Shown: piece after piece, positions 51,101 through 60,624 of the stretch | Position numbering within the stretch: the stretch's first letter is position 1 | How the letters are laid out: every line of letters begins with the position of its first letter | Assembly (NCBI GenBank): GCA_963665235.2 | Contig: CAXXLX010000002.1 | Location: 256,001 to 320,000 of the forward strand | DNA length: 64,000 bases | Reading direction: 5' to 3' | From: Candidatus Poribacteria bacterium | GTDB taxonomy: Bacteria > Poribacteria > WGA-4E > WGA-3G | Position numbers and translations under genes: made by a program | Notes under the pieces: generated by a model | The model's database searches: none | Seen by the model: the letters and a program-made list of their open reading frames with translations, nothing else | What the model was told of the DNA's origin: nothing

Positions 51101-51710
51101 CGTCAACGGGGTGCTGATTCCACAATGCATATATGTTTTCGTCGTTTTGTGTGTCATAAATTTCTCTGCTGAGTTTCGCGACGATGTCACGCCTTTCTAG
51201 GAGCGTGATAAAGAGCTCATCGAGTTTTTGACGGTTGCCGTAGTGTTGGAGTGCGCGGCGGAGTGTGTCGTGGTGGCTGTCCTGCGGGTCGGTTGCGATA
51301 TCCTTCAGGGTTTTCTGAAAGGTTTGTTGTAATAGGAGCCGCTTGTCTATGCCTTGCAATATGCTGAAGTTGGCGGGCACTTTGGCGAAAAAAGCGAATT
51401 CTCTCAAGATGCGCGAACAGAAGGCGTGAATCGTGGAAATGGGGGCTGTGTTCATCTCTTGTAGGAACTTTTCACGTTGTGCTGTATTTTCAATTTGACT
51501 GAGTCTTTCAATTACGCGTTCCTTCATCTCCGCTGCAGCTTTCTCTGTGAAGGTGATAGCGACAATCTGCTGGGGCTTAACGTTCCCCACTTGTAAAATT
51601 TTGAGGTAACGTTCGACCAGTACGGTGGTTTTTCCGGAGCCTGCACCTGCGGTAACGCTGATATGGCGATTAATATCGAGAGCCTGTTTTTGTTTCGGTG
51701 TAAGTTGCAT
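48148..51710 (-). CDS. AddA/UvrD-family helicase-nuclease, split by a frameshift near 50460
   Basis: AGAGSGKT, ITFTEKAAAEM, STIHAFC, IDEYQDTN, VGDPKQSIYGFR; after the shift LKENFRS, IAILIRSR, MTIHAAKGKQF, YVGATRARD; C-terminal Cys-containing nuclease-like domain. Confidence 0.9.
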
Positions 51711-51742
51711 TTTGATTATTCCTACAAATTAACAAGTTTGTG

Positions 51743-52813
51743 CTATATTTCTGTTGGCAACGGGACAACGGCTTTCGGGGATACGGAAATACTAACGGTG
51801 TCGCCGGGTTTCTTTGTTTGTGTGCCGGGGTTATGGAGGACAGCTTTGAGTTTGAGCGTGTCGGCAATTCTGAGTTCGTATTCTTCGACCCGGCCTAAAT
51901 AGGTGACCGCATCGACTTTTGCTGTGAACTGATTCGGTGCTGGACTTTCGTTGAAGTGAATTGTCTCGGGGCGGATGGAACAGCGGACAGCTTGCCCAGG
52001 GGCGAATTCGTGATAGACGTTTTCGGACTGAAGGGTACCGATAGGCGTTTCAATTGTCACGCCGTTTTCGAGTGTTTTGATGTTGCCTTCGATAAAGTTC
52101 GTTTCGCCAACAAAGCCTGCAACAAAAGGGTCAGCGGGGTATTGATAAATCTCTCTGGGTGTGCCAACCTGAACGAAAACGCCATCTTTCATGATTGCCA
52201 TTCGGTCTGCCATGGAGATGGCTTCGCGTTGGTCGTGGGTTACATAGAGTGTTGTAATTTGGGTTCGGTTGTGTATGTCTTTGATTTCGTCTCGTAGGCT
52301 TTGTCGGAGTGCTGCGTCTAAATTGCTGAGCGGTTCGTCAAGGAGGAGGACGCTCGGTTCAATGACTAATGCGCGGGCAAGCGCGATACGCTGCTGCTGC
52401 CCACCAGAGAGGGTGTTGACGGGCCGGTCCCAGTATTCGGCCATCTGCACCATCTCAAGGACGGTGTTGATTTTTTGGTGACGCGTCGGTTTGTCAAGTT
52501 TGCGGAGTACGAGTCCGTACTCAACGTTTTCGGCGACGGTCATGTGTGGCCATAAGGCGTAGTTTTGAAAAACCATGCCGGTGTTACGCTGATGCGGGGG
52601 AACGTTGTTCATGACGGTATCGTCAAATCGGAGTTGCCCTGCATCGGGCCGATAAAATCCGGCTAGCACGCGGAGCAGGGTCGATTTTCCGCAGCCAGAG
52701 GGGCCAAGTAGGAAAAATAGCTCCCCAGGTGCGATTGATAAAGAGACATCATTAACTGCGACAGTGGTATCAAACGCTTTTGTAATTTGTGTTAATTCAA
52801 CCCCTACAGACAT
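51743..52813 (-). CDS. ABC transporter ATP-binding protein (PotA/FbpC family)
   Basis: GPSGCGKS, VFQNYALWPH, LSGGQQQR, LLLDEPLSNLD, TOBE-like tail. Confidence 0.95.
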   Translation of the reverse strand: MSVGVELTQITKAFDTTVAVNDVSLSIAPGELFFLLGPSGCGKSTLLRVLAGFYRPDAGQLRFDDTVMNNVPPHQRNTGMVFQNYALWPHMTVAENVEYGLVLRKLDKPTRHQKINTVLEMVQMAEYWDRPVNTLSGGQQQRIALARALVIEPSVLLLDEPLSNLDAALRQSLRDEIKDIHNRTQITTLYVTHDQREAISMADRMAIMKDGVFVQVGTPREIYQYPADPFVAGFVGETNFIEGNIKTLENGVTIETPIGTLQSENVYHEFAPGQAVRCSIRPETIHFNESPAPNQFTAKVDAVTYLGRVEEYELRIADTLKLKAVLHNPGTQTKKPGDTVSISVSPKAVVPLPTEI

Positions 52814-52832
52814 GAATCATTGCCTCCCCGTC

Positions 52833-53633
52833 TCAAAGATTTTTGGCACATCGAAATCCGATAGTGCTGCCTGAAGTTAGATGGTACCAGCGGTCGGCGA
52901 CGCGTAGGTCTTCAGGACTTCCGCCCCATCCGCCGCCGCGCAAGATGCGAAAGTTTTCATTAGAGGGTGCCGAGTCTCTGCCGAAACGCGGGTTGTTCTG
53001 TGGGCTCACTTCATAAAATTGCCCGTTGTATTCGTCAAAACACCATTCCCAAACATTGCCAGCCATATCGTAAAGTTGGTATGCGTTGGGTGGAAAACTG
53101 CCGACCGGTGCTGTCCATCTCCATCCATCTAAGTCCCCGCCGAAGTTGGCATCGGCATGTGTTATGATGTCGCCGGTGGGGTATTTTTTTCCGTTGAGAT
53201 TTCCACGTGCGGCGTATTCCCATTCGGCTTCAGTGGGCAGTCGTTTGTTTGCCCAATTTGCGTAAGCCATCGCATCACGCCATGTTACATGTACGACGGG
53301 GGCCTCTGGCCGGTTGAATTTTGGGTCGTGCCACAGGGGTGGTTCGGGATATCCTGTTGCTGCGACGAATTGTTGATATCGGGCATTTGTTACCTCGTGA
53401 ATGTCTATGTAAAACGCGTCAATAAAGACGGTGTGAACGGGCCGCTCGTCAGCATCTCCTGTTTTTTCATCCGGATTTCCCATAAGAAAAGTGCCAGCGG
53501 GGATGAGTCGCATGTGTGCGCCATCTGTTAAGGAGATGTGTGTTTCTGCCGGTTTTGTGGGTGCAACGGTATCTTGTGAGGTGTCGGTGCACGCGCAAAG
53601 GAGGCAGGTGAGTAGGAGCATAAGACACTTCAT
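52833..53633 (-). CDS. Formylglycine-generating enzyme (SUMF1/FGE-sulfatase) domain lipoprotein
   Basis: IPAGTFLMG, EVTN, RLPTEAEWEYAARG, LYDMAGNVWEW, GFRC. Confidence 0.93.
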   Translation of the reverse strand: MKCLMLLLTCLLCACTDTSQDTVAPTKPAETHISLTDGAHMRLIPAGTFLMGNPDEKTGDADERPVHTVFIDAFYIDIHEVTNARYQQFVAATGYPEPPLWHDPKFNRPEAPVVHVTWRDAMAYANWANKRLPTEAEWEYAARGNLNGKKYPTGDIITHADANFGGDLDGWRWTAPVGSFPPNAYQLYDMAGNVWEWCFDEYNGQFYEVSPQNNPRFGRDSAPSNENFRILRGGGWGGSPEDLRVADRWYHLTSGSTIGFRCAKNL

Positions 53634-55063
53634 ATCAATTTTTCGGCGACCTCCGCTGCAGTTTCAAACAGCTGTTTCTGTTCTTTTTCGTAGAGTGTGC
53701 GTACATCAAACCATACCTGTTCCTCCTGTAATCGGCCGATGATAGCGGTGCTGCCTTGTCTGAAGTAGGCTGCTATTTTTTCTGCGGAGCCTACCTGCGG
53801 TGTGAGGACGACAGCGACGCTCGGCAATGTCTCGACAGGTAGTGAACCGCTCCCAATTTGTGATTGTGTGTCGGCGATAGTGATTGTGACGGTTTCTCCT
53901 AGAATTTCGGTGAGTTTATCTGTAATGTGTGCGGCTGTTTCGCGCAGTTCCTCTACGGGCCGTGTGTAACGCTGCAGCATCGGAAATTGTGAAACCGATA
54001 GTGCATCGTGATTGAGATAGGCTTGCAAGGTTGCCCCGAGTGCGGCGATAGTGAGTTTATCTACGCGTACTGCACGCATCAGTGGGTTTTTCCGGATTTT
54101 CTGAATCCATTCCGCTTTTCCGACGATGATGCCTGCTTGCGGTCCGCCGAGCAGCTTGTCGCCGCTAAAGGTGACAATGTCTACGCCACTCTCGATGCGG
54201 TCAGCGACGACCGGTTCATGCGGTAGTCCGTAAGTGGTAAGGTCAACGAGGGCACCGCTTCCTAAATCCTCCATCGTTGGAATGCCGTGTTGGGCACCGA
54301 GTGCTGTCAATTCGGACATCTCGGGGGCTGTTGTGAAACCGACCAATTTATAGTTGCTCGGATGCACCTTGAGGAGAAGTGCTGTGTTTTCGTTAATGGC
54401 TTCGGCATAGTCCCGGAGATGCGTTCTATTTGTAGTGCCAACCTCTCGTAGGATTGCTCCGCTTGCGGTCATGATATCCGGGATGCGGAAAGACCCGCCA
54501 ATTTCTATTAATTCCCCGCGTGAAACGATAACTTCTCTCCCACGTGCTACAGTTTGCAAGGCAATCAGGACGGCGGCAGCATTGTTATTGACCACGGTTG
54601 ATGCCTCCGCGCCTGTCAATTGCTGCAGGAGGGGTTCGGTGATTCGGTCTCGATGGCCCCGTTTTCCTGTCTCTACGTCGTATTCTAAGTTGACGTAATT
54701 CTGTGCGGCGTTCTGAAGGTTTTGACATGCAGCGGTGCCTAGCAATGCACGGCCAAGGTTTGTATGTGTGACTGTACCTGTGGCGTTGACGACAGGCCGT
54801 AGCTGGGGTCGCGTTTTTTCCTCAAGCCGTTGGCGAGCTAGTGCGACATATTCTTCTACTTCGGGCAGTCGTGGCAGGGCATCTCCCTTCAGAATTTGGG
54901 TTCGGATATCAGCGACGATTGCACGGAGGACTTCTGTGACAAGCGGCCGGGCGTAGGTTAATTGGATGTCCTGTATCTCCGGTAACGCTAGGAGTTTTTC
55001 AATTGCCGGGAGCTGACGCAGTAGGTTTTTATTTTCGTTTTGTTTACACGTTTTAGGGGTCAA
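53630..55063 (-). CDS. selA: L-seryl-tRNA(Sec) selenium transferase
   Basis: VVNATGTVTHTNLGRA, VNNNAAAV, SRGELIEIGGSFRIP, EVGTTNRTH, DLGSG, FSGDKLLGGPQAG. Confidence 0.97.
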   Translation of the reverse strand: MTPKTCKQNENKNLLRQLPAIEKLLALPEIQDIQLTYARPLVTEVLRAIVADIRTQILKGDALPRLPEVEEYVALARQRLEEKTRPQLRPVVNATGTVTHTNLGRALLGTAACQNLQNAAQNYVNLEYDVETGKRGHRDRITEPLLQQLTGAEASTVVNNNAAAVLIALQTVARGREVIVSRGELIEIGGSFRIPDIMTASGAILREVGTTNRTHLRDYAEAINENTALLLKVHPSNYKLVGFTTAPEMSELTALGAQHGIPTMEDLGSGALVDLTTYGLPHEPVVADRIESGVDIVTFSGDKLLGGPQAGIIVGKAEWIQKIRKNPLMRAVRVDKLTIAALGATLQAYLNHDALSVSQFPMLQRYTRPVEELRETAAHITDKLTEILGETVTITIADTQSQIGSGSLPVETLPSVAVVLTPQVGSAEKIAAYFRQGSTAIIGRLQEEQVWFDVRTLYEKEQKQLFETAAEVAEKLI

Positions 55064-55196
55064 CTTCTTTTTCCATGTGAAATTTATGGGCGATATCGGA
55101 GAAAAACCGAAGATTTTTCACTTTTTTCTCACACAACATCGGCTGCGTATAATCGCACGCTAGGAATTTGGGGCTTTTTAGGGCCATATTTGATGC

Positions 55197-56111
55197 TTAT
55201 TGATTGCTATTTCCGTTGAAATCAATATCCTCAAAGGTTTTAGCGGTGAGTATCTGATCGAAAAGTGTATCAAGTCGCGAGAATTCCTTGATCTCTCGGA
55301 TTTCCTCTACAACAGTATCAGAGGTTTCAGGGAATTGGTGCGTCAGCAACTTGATAACATCATCTTGTTTGGTGCGGAACTCACCTTGTGTGATGCCGCG
55401 TTGATAACCTTGTTCATCGCCTTGGGCGATGCCGCGTTGCATTACCTGTTCGTAAAAAGGAGATTCTTGCATGATTGCCTCCAATCTAGGGTCTTGAAAA
55501 AGCTCTTTTGGATGGACTAAACTCCCGAAAAGGGAGAGTGCGAATAAAAGGTTCGCCCGCATCTCTCGACTGACATCTGCCGCCTGGGTCGTCTCTATAC
55601 ACTTCTCAACCCACGCTTTCGGTGTCATATCAGCGGGCGGTTCCATCAAAGCGGTGAAAGGGAGTAAACCTACAGCTGCAGGGTCTAAAAACGCTTCCCC
55701 CGGCAACTCATAAACACGGATGACGTTATACTGGAACGTCACACCGCCCCGCTGTTCGTTTCCATACCTATAGACACCGGTGTCATTTTTCCCCGCAGGG
55801 GGACGGAGATAGAACACCGTTGAATAGACGTTTTTGCCGTGTTCAAGGGCAAGGAGACTTGAATACGCCAGCATCCGGAGGTGCATCGGTTTATGTGTGC
55901 TGTCGTCGGTTTGTGCCTCTATATGTAGGATAGCCTCCTCATCAGGCAATTGGACGTGAAACGTCATATCGCTATGATGCATCCGAAGCGTGACGTGCTC
56001 GGTGTTCAGCTTCCCTAAGATTTTTACTTTTGAGGTCCCCAGTGCTAGCCCTGCTAACGAATCCGGGAAAATCCCCGTAATGAATTTAAAGATTTTATCA
56101 AAAAATGCCAT
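55197..56111 (-). CDS. Rpn/YhgA-like PD-(D/E)xK protein (putative transposase family)
   Basis: FDKIFK, SD...LHIEAQT, MHLRMLAY, GLLPFTAL, MQESPFY and a G..QG tail. Probable start at 56111. Confidence 0.8.
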   Translation of the reverse strand: MAFFDKIFKFITGIFPDSLAGLALGTSKVKILGKLNTEHVTLRMHHSDMTFHVQLPDEEAILHIEAQTDDSTHKPMHLRMLAYSSLLALEHGKNVYSTVFYLRPPAGKNDTGVYRYGNEQRGGVTFQYNVIRVYELPGEAFLDPAAVGLLPFTALMEPPADMTPKAWVEKCIETTQAADVSREMRANLLFALSLFGSLVHPKELFQDPRLEAIMQESPFYEQVMQRGIAQGDEQGYQRGITQGEFRTKQDDVIKLLTHQFPETSDTVVEEIREIKEFSRLDTLFDQILTAKTFEDIDFNGNSNQ

Positions 56112-56264
56112 AATGATTATTATACCTATATTGTAGAGATATGTCAATATGTTTATCGAGTGTGTAAAGTTTCGGTACACTAGTTCAGTATTCGGGCAAG
56201 TAGTCCGCTCTTCATACAAGGGGAAAACTTTTTCCAAACTCACGTTAAATTAAGGTTAAATACA

Positions 56265-56379
56265 CAGGACTTACGTAGCGCGTTGCTAAGTCCTTATGAT
56301 AATGGGATTTAGAGGGGGACTTAGCGGGCTGGGGGACCCAGCCCCTACGAGCTTATGTTCTAAATTTGCGTAAGTCCTA
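56265..56379 (+). mobile_element. MITE family B copy
   Basis: CAGGACTTACG...TGCGTAAGTCCT with (A)ATACA on both flanks. Confidence 0.82.
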
Positions 56380-56460
56380 ATACAAAAATTTCATTCTATC
56401 GTAATTTTATCATGTTCCGATGAAAATGTCAAACTTTTTGATGTTTCGATCTTTCGAACA

Positions 56461-57345
56461 CTACTGCAACGTTATGGTGAGGGTTGTCAAAAATTCGTTT
56501 TGTAGGCGGCGGTTATAGACACGGGCGGCGATTGCGGAGCCGTAGATGTTGCCGATATAGAAGATGCTACTGATGGTGCCGAGTGTCCACCCTTTTGCCG
56601 ATGAGAGCCCGTCTCGGTGAAAACCGTCATAGGCTTGCCAGCCTGTTACGCTAACGATGAGGAGGGAGCTAAGCACGTCGTTGATGCTGCTGCCAGCGTA
56701 GAGTCGTCCAGCCCCCGGTAGGATGGTGGAGAGAAAGCCCGCTATAAAAGGGCTGCGGGTGGGGAGGTTCGCCCCGGCTTTGGCATAATTGTGATACATG
56801 GATGCCTTTTCCCTGACCTCTATTGCTTCTGATTCCTGCAAGTCGTTGAAAACTTCGCTCGCTTCGGACCACCGCTTTTGCATCAGATAGGAGAGGCCGA
56901 TGAGCTGTTGCGATTCAGCACGGTGCCGCGCATCTGTTATGTGTGGTAGGGTTTGATGTAGAAATTTTACCGATTGCTCAAACTGCTCGGCGAGAAAATA
57001 GGAGGCCCCGATTTGATAGTAAACCTCGTTTGCAAATGGGCTGCCAGGGTGCGTCTGTAAGAGTTTTTCAAAGGTGCGAATTGCTTGCTCGGTTTTGCCG
57101 CCTAAGCGGTAACATAAGCCGATTTTATAAAGAATCTGCGGGGTGTCTACTGGGCTATAGAAGAGATAACGTTGGTATTCGCCTGCGGCTCGGAGGTAGT
57201 CGTTTTCGGTGTATAGCAGAAAATCGGCGAACTTTCGGATGTTTTCGGGACTATGATAGTCAGCACGTTCTTGGGTCGCGCTTACGGATAGGCAGGCGAT
57301 GTTAAGGAGAATTATGAAGGCTAATGTTTGTAACAGATTTACCAT
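56461..57345 (-). CDS. Exported TPR protein with a C-terminal TM2-like hydrophobic region
   Basis: Signal peptide, TPR repeats, SPFIAGFLSTILPGAGRLY, FYIGNIYGS. Confidence 0.75.
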   Translation of the reverse strand: MVNLLQTLAFIILLNIACLSVSATQERADYHSPENIRKFADFLLYTENDYLRAAGEYQRYLFYSPVDTPQILYKIGLCYRLGGKTEQAIRTFEKLLQTHPGSPFANEVYYQIGASYFLAEQFEQSVKFLHQTLPHITDARHRAESQQLIGLSYLMQKRWSEASEVFNDLQESEAIEVREKASMYHNYAKAGANLPTRSPFIAGFLSTILPGAGRLYAGSSINDVLSSLLIVSVTGWQAYDGFHRDGLSSAKGWTLGTISSIFYIGNIYGSAIAARVYNRRLQNEFLTTLTITLQ

Positions 57346-58058
57346 TTGATTTCCTTGACGGCTACAGATTTGGGTATTGTGAAATGTAGTATGGGCTTAG
57401 CGGGTTCCATGTTGACCTGCGGATTGCTATAGATAATCTGTTCATGTTGAAGGATTTCGGACTTTTCGCTATAGGTGCTGGCGGTAACAGTCATCGGGAT
57501 ATAGTTGAGTCCGATTGGACGATGCGCTTCATACCGTGTCCTTGCGATAATGTGTCCTTTAGGGCTCTTAACTTCGGCAGAGATAAGCTTGTCGTTGCGC
57601 ATTCCTAAGATGACGGGGCCGTGCTGCGCTTTCGCTTTTTTAGGGGGTGCCCAATAGGTATAAAGCACGCCGTCGACGACATCGTGTTTGTCTAGGGCAT
57701 AACCAACGGCAGTCAATCCGTATTCGGGTTGTGTGGTCTGGAGGATGGCTTCAATGAATGGTAACGGGATGCGTGCTTCGGAGATGAAACGGAAGGCTTG
57801 TTGCTCTGAAGGATAATAGATTTCTAAGACGTTTTTCTTGACGACCATTATCTGCTTAATCGGTTTGGTGACTTCAACGACAACCCGCGCAGCTTTTGCA
57901 TCGTAGTGGAGTGTGCCGACCGTTCGCTCGGTTTTTCTGTTTTCGGTTAATTCGCGCGTGAAATCTAGGGAGAGGGTTTTCAACGGCGCGGCGTGGAGAA
58001 CAGAGGTAAGGAGAAATCCTATGAGAAGCGGGGCAATACGTGCAATCCTTTTGAACAT
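57339..58058 (-). CDS. LolA-like periplasmic protein
   Basis: Probable start MFKRIAR (58058), signal peptide, LKTLSLDF...GTLHY...P.KQIMV...IYYP, C-terminal FTIP..V. Confidence 0.6.
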   Translation of the reverse strand: MFKRIARIAPLLIGFLLTSVLHAAPLKTLSLDFTRELTENRKTERTVGTLHYDAKAARVVVEVTKPIKQIMVVKKNVLEIYYPSEQQAFRFISEARIPLPFIEAILQTTQPEYGLTAVGYALDKHDVVDGVLYTYWAPPKKAKAQHGPVILGMRNDKLISAEVKSPKGHIIARTRYEAHRPIGLNYIPMTVTASTYSEKSEILQHEQIIYSNPQVNMEPAKPILHFTIPKSVAVKEIKW

Positions 58059-58060
58059 AA

Positions 58061-58504
58061 TACCATTTTTATTAATTATTCTATCATTACCGGTTGTTAG
58101 AAATGAAACGGAGAACGGAAGACCCAAACTAAAAGTTTATGCTACAAGAAAGAACACAAACTGGAAGTTTATGCTACAAGAAAGAACACAAACTGGAAGT
58201 TTATGCTACAATGCTACAACAAAGAACACAAACTGGAAGTTTATGCTACAAGAAAGAACACAAACTGGAAGTTTATGCTACAAGAAAGAACACAAACTGG
58301 AAGTTTATGCTACAAGAAAGAACACAAACTGGAAGTTTATGCTACAAGAAAGAACACAAACTGGAAGTTTATGCTACAAGAAAGAACACAAACTGGAAGT
58401 TTATGCTACAAGAAAGAACACAAACTGGAAGTTTATGCTACAAGAAAGAACACAAACTGGAAGTTTATGCTACAACAAAGAGACATTTTCAATTAGAAAT
58501 GGTA
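58061..58504 (+). mobile_element. MITE family A copy with about ten 32-bp tandem units
   Basis: TACCATT...AATGGTA, flanks TAA/TAG; unit ACAAACTGGAAGTTTATGCTACAAGAAAGAAC. Confidence 0.88.
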
Positions 58505-58605
58505 TAGCTTTTAGGCGTGGCAGTGAGTTTTTAGTATAGCGGACGAGGCAACCTCGCCCCTACGATGTGCTAAATTTGCGTCTGTCCTGCTACTGTTTTT
58601 GCACC

Positions 58606-59103
58606 TCAATCGGTGTACCTGTTAATGAGAATACTTGCCAAACATCCATCTACTAAGCTGCCAACAATACATCCTCCCAATGCCCAAGTGAATCGGAGTT
58701 TTTTCATTTCAATTTTATATGCATCCGTGTAAAAAGCGACATATTGTGGTGATTTTCCCAAAGTTCGAGCAGTCGGGACAGAACGTTGTGTCCGCTGTGA
58801 AAAGATGGGGCCGAATGCAAGCAAAAAACAACCTGAACTGAACCACAAAGTTTTATTGAGGTGTGCCTTTGCATCGCGTTTTGCATCGGCGATGGCTTGC
58901 TTCTCCTCCGCCTGGGAAGCCTCTTCTGCTTGTACCGTTTTCTTTCGGACGATGATTTCAATGGCACCCAAAAACTGTCCCAGCTGTTTATCAATTGCTG
59001 CCGTGGAGGGATTTTGTGCACTTATGTGAGTCAGCAAAGGTGATGTAAACATTAGTACAGCCATAGAAAATAACACTAATTTGAAATTAGAATTTAGCCG
59101 CAT
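58606..59103 (-). CDS. Hypothetical exported/membrane protein
   Basis: Signal peptide; AIADAKRDA...W...GC...LGKSPQYVAFYTDAY; two hydrophobic segments. Confidence 0.7.
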   Translation of the reverse strand: MRLNSNFKLVLFSMAVLMFTSPLLTHISAQNPSTAAIDKQLGQFLGAIEIIVRKKTVQAEEASQAEEKQAIADAKRDAKAHLNKTLWFSSGCFLLAFGPIFSQRTQRSVPTARTLGKSPQYVAFYTDAYKIEMKKLRFTWALGGCIVGSLVDGCLASILINRYTD

Positions 59104-59174
59104 CAGCTTGTTCTCTTGAGGAGCGGGAAACTTTGGGTTTGCCTATCGTTTATAACAGGCGAAAACAACGAATT

Positions 59175-59894
59175 TTAACGCTTTTTATCGTAAACATGCC
59201 CGGTAAAAGTGTCGGGCCAAAAAATTACTAACAGCTTACCATCCCATGTATACGTACTAACAGATGGCGCGAGTGTTCCTTCAGAAAACCAATGAATAGT
59301 TCCTTTTTTCTCGTCAAACGGTTCAATGAGTTCGTAAGAGCCGAAGAAAAATTGTTCATCATCTTCATATTGTCGTGTAAAAGTTGTAGTGGTAAGCCGC
59401 AGTGTTCCGCCTAATGAATCCACAGTTTTTCCATTGACTTGAGAACGGACCAGGTCATAATCCCCACTAAGTGCGTTAGCGACCTTGTATGCTTTTGAAA
59501 AAACTGTAACTGATGCTGTCTCTGACACCTCTTCGTCACCACCGTCTCGTATGGAAACACGCACCGTAACCTTTTCCGGGGGGACAACCTCTTCGTCTTC
59601 TAATGGTGGGGCGGTCCATTGTGCTTTACTCTCGGTTTCATTCTTTAAAGTTCCAGCCGATACATCCCACAGGTAGGTTAAGGTATCATCTTCCGGGTCG
59701 AAAGTGGTAACTTTCAATTCAACAGTTTCGCCATAATGAACCTCTTCTGGGACAGTAAAGCTGGTAATTTCGGGTGTATCGTTCGTCCAATTCTCAAATT
59801 GCTCACAACCGCTGAGAATAATCAGTTGGCAGGCAAGAAGTATAAACACCCCAAGGCGAATGGCGATAAATGGCGATTTTAACGTGATTTTCAC
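59175..59894 (-). CDS. Lipoprotein with Ig/PKD-like and lipocalin-like domains
   Basis: Lipobox LSGC, N.TPEI...DPEDDTLTYLW..SAGTL...WTAP, then LSGDYDLV beta-barrel-like region. Confidence 0.7.
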   Translation of the reverse strand: MKITLKSPFIAIRLGVFILLACQLIILSGCEQFENWTNDTPEITSFTVPEEVHYGETVELKVTTFDPEDDTLTYLWDVSAGTLKNETESKAQWTAPPLEDEEVVPPEKVTVRVSIRDGGDEEVSETASVTVFSKAYKVANALSGDYDLVRSQVNGKTVDSLGGTLRLTTTTFTRQYEDDEQFFFGSYELIEPFDEKKGTIHWFSEGTLAPSVSTYTWDGKLLVIFWPDTFTGHVYDKKR

Positions 59895-60195
59895 TGAACA
59901 ACTCCTTATACGATCTTTAGATATATTGTATTATACCTTAAATTTTAGCAGATGTCAACGGGTGTGTAAAGTTTTCGTACACCTGTTTAGTATTCGGGTA
60001 AACGGTTTCCCGCTCCTATGGGCAATTCATTGTCCGTCGTGTCAGTATCCGGACAAACAGTTCCCCGCTTTCAGGACGATATGTTTATAGAAGCACACAA
60101 CCCCACACCTCTTAGTCCCATCGGGACGATATGTTTATAGAAGCACAAACCTCTTGCTAATTGCCAATCGCTAATCGCTAATTGCCAACGGTAAA

Positions 60196-60588
60196 TTAAT
60201 CGCCTGTGATAGATTTTACGGATACCTCGGGGCGCTCTGCCAAGACGCTGTCGAAGAGGGCGCGTCGCTCTGCTGCCAAATCTTCACACACTATCCTGGC
60301 GATGTCGGGCCCGACTGCCTGGAGTTTATCCTCCAAACCCGCCTCCTGGATTGGAACAGTGGCGATGAAGGCACCCTTATCCAGATCAAGCGGAAACCCC
60401 TCCTCCTGTTTAACACCATCTATGGCATATCGAACACGGCCCATGAAAAGCGGACCATATCCCTCATGGTACTGGAGCTCTACGCTGAGGAGTTCTATAG
60501 AATCAGTGAAGGGCACACGGCCGGCCAAGTCAAGCGTCCTAATCGTGATTTTGAGCCTATTAACGTTATCAACAATATGTTTTTTCAT
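60196..60588 (-). CDS. Small hypothetical protein, possible partner/immunity protein of the upstream ART
   Basis: 130-aa ORF with an AAGGA RBS, starting 36 nt after the ART stop codon. Confidence 0.6.
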   Translation of the reverse strand: MKKHIVDNVNRLKITIRTLDLAGRVPFTDSIELLSVELQYHEGYGPLFMGRVRYAIDGVKQEEGFPLDLDKGAFIATVPIQEAGLEDKLQAVGPDIARIVCEDLAAERRALFDSVLAERPEVSVKSITGD

Positions 60589-60624
60589 CAGAGTTTTCCT
60601 TTTTATTGTGAAAGTTAAGATTAT

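Noticed and set aside
53630-55200. tRNA-Sec (selC), selB or a SECIS element near selA
   Set aside because: No tRNA-like cloverleaf or selB ORF recognised in the flanks.
55197-56379. Rpn-like protein as the mobiliser of the neighbouring MITE-B
   Set aside because: Only adjacency supports it; the gene has no terminal repeats of its own and MITE-B copies occur next to many unrelated genes.
57913-58539. Three overlapping repeat ORFs
   Set aside because: They are translations of the 32-bp MITE-A tandem units, open in all three + frames.
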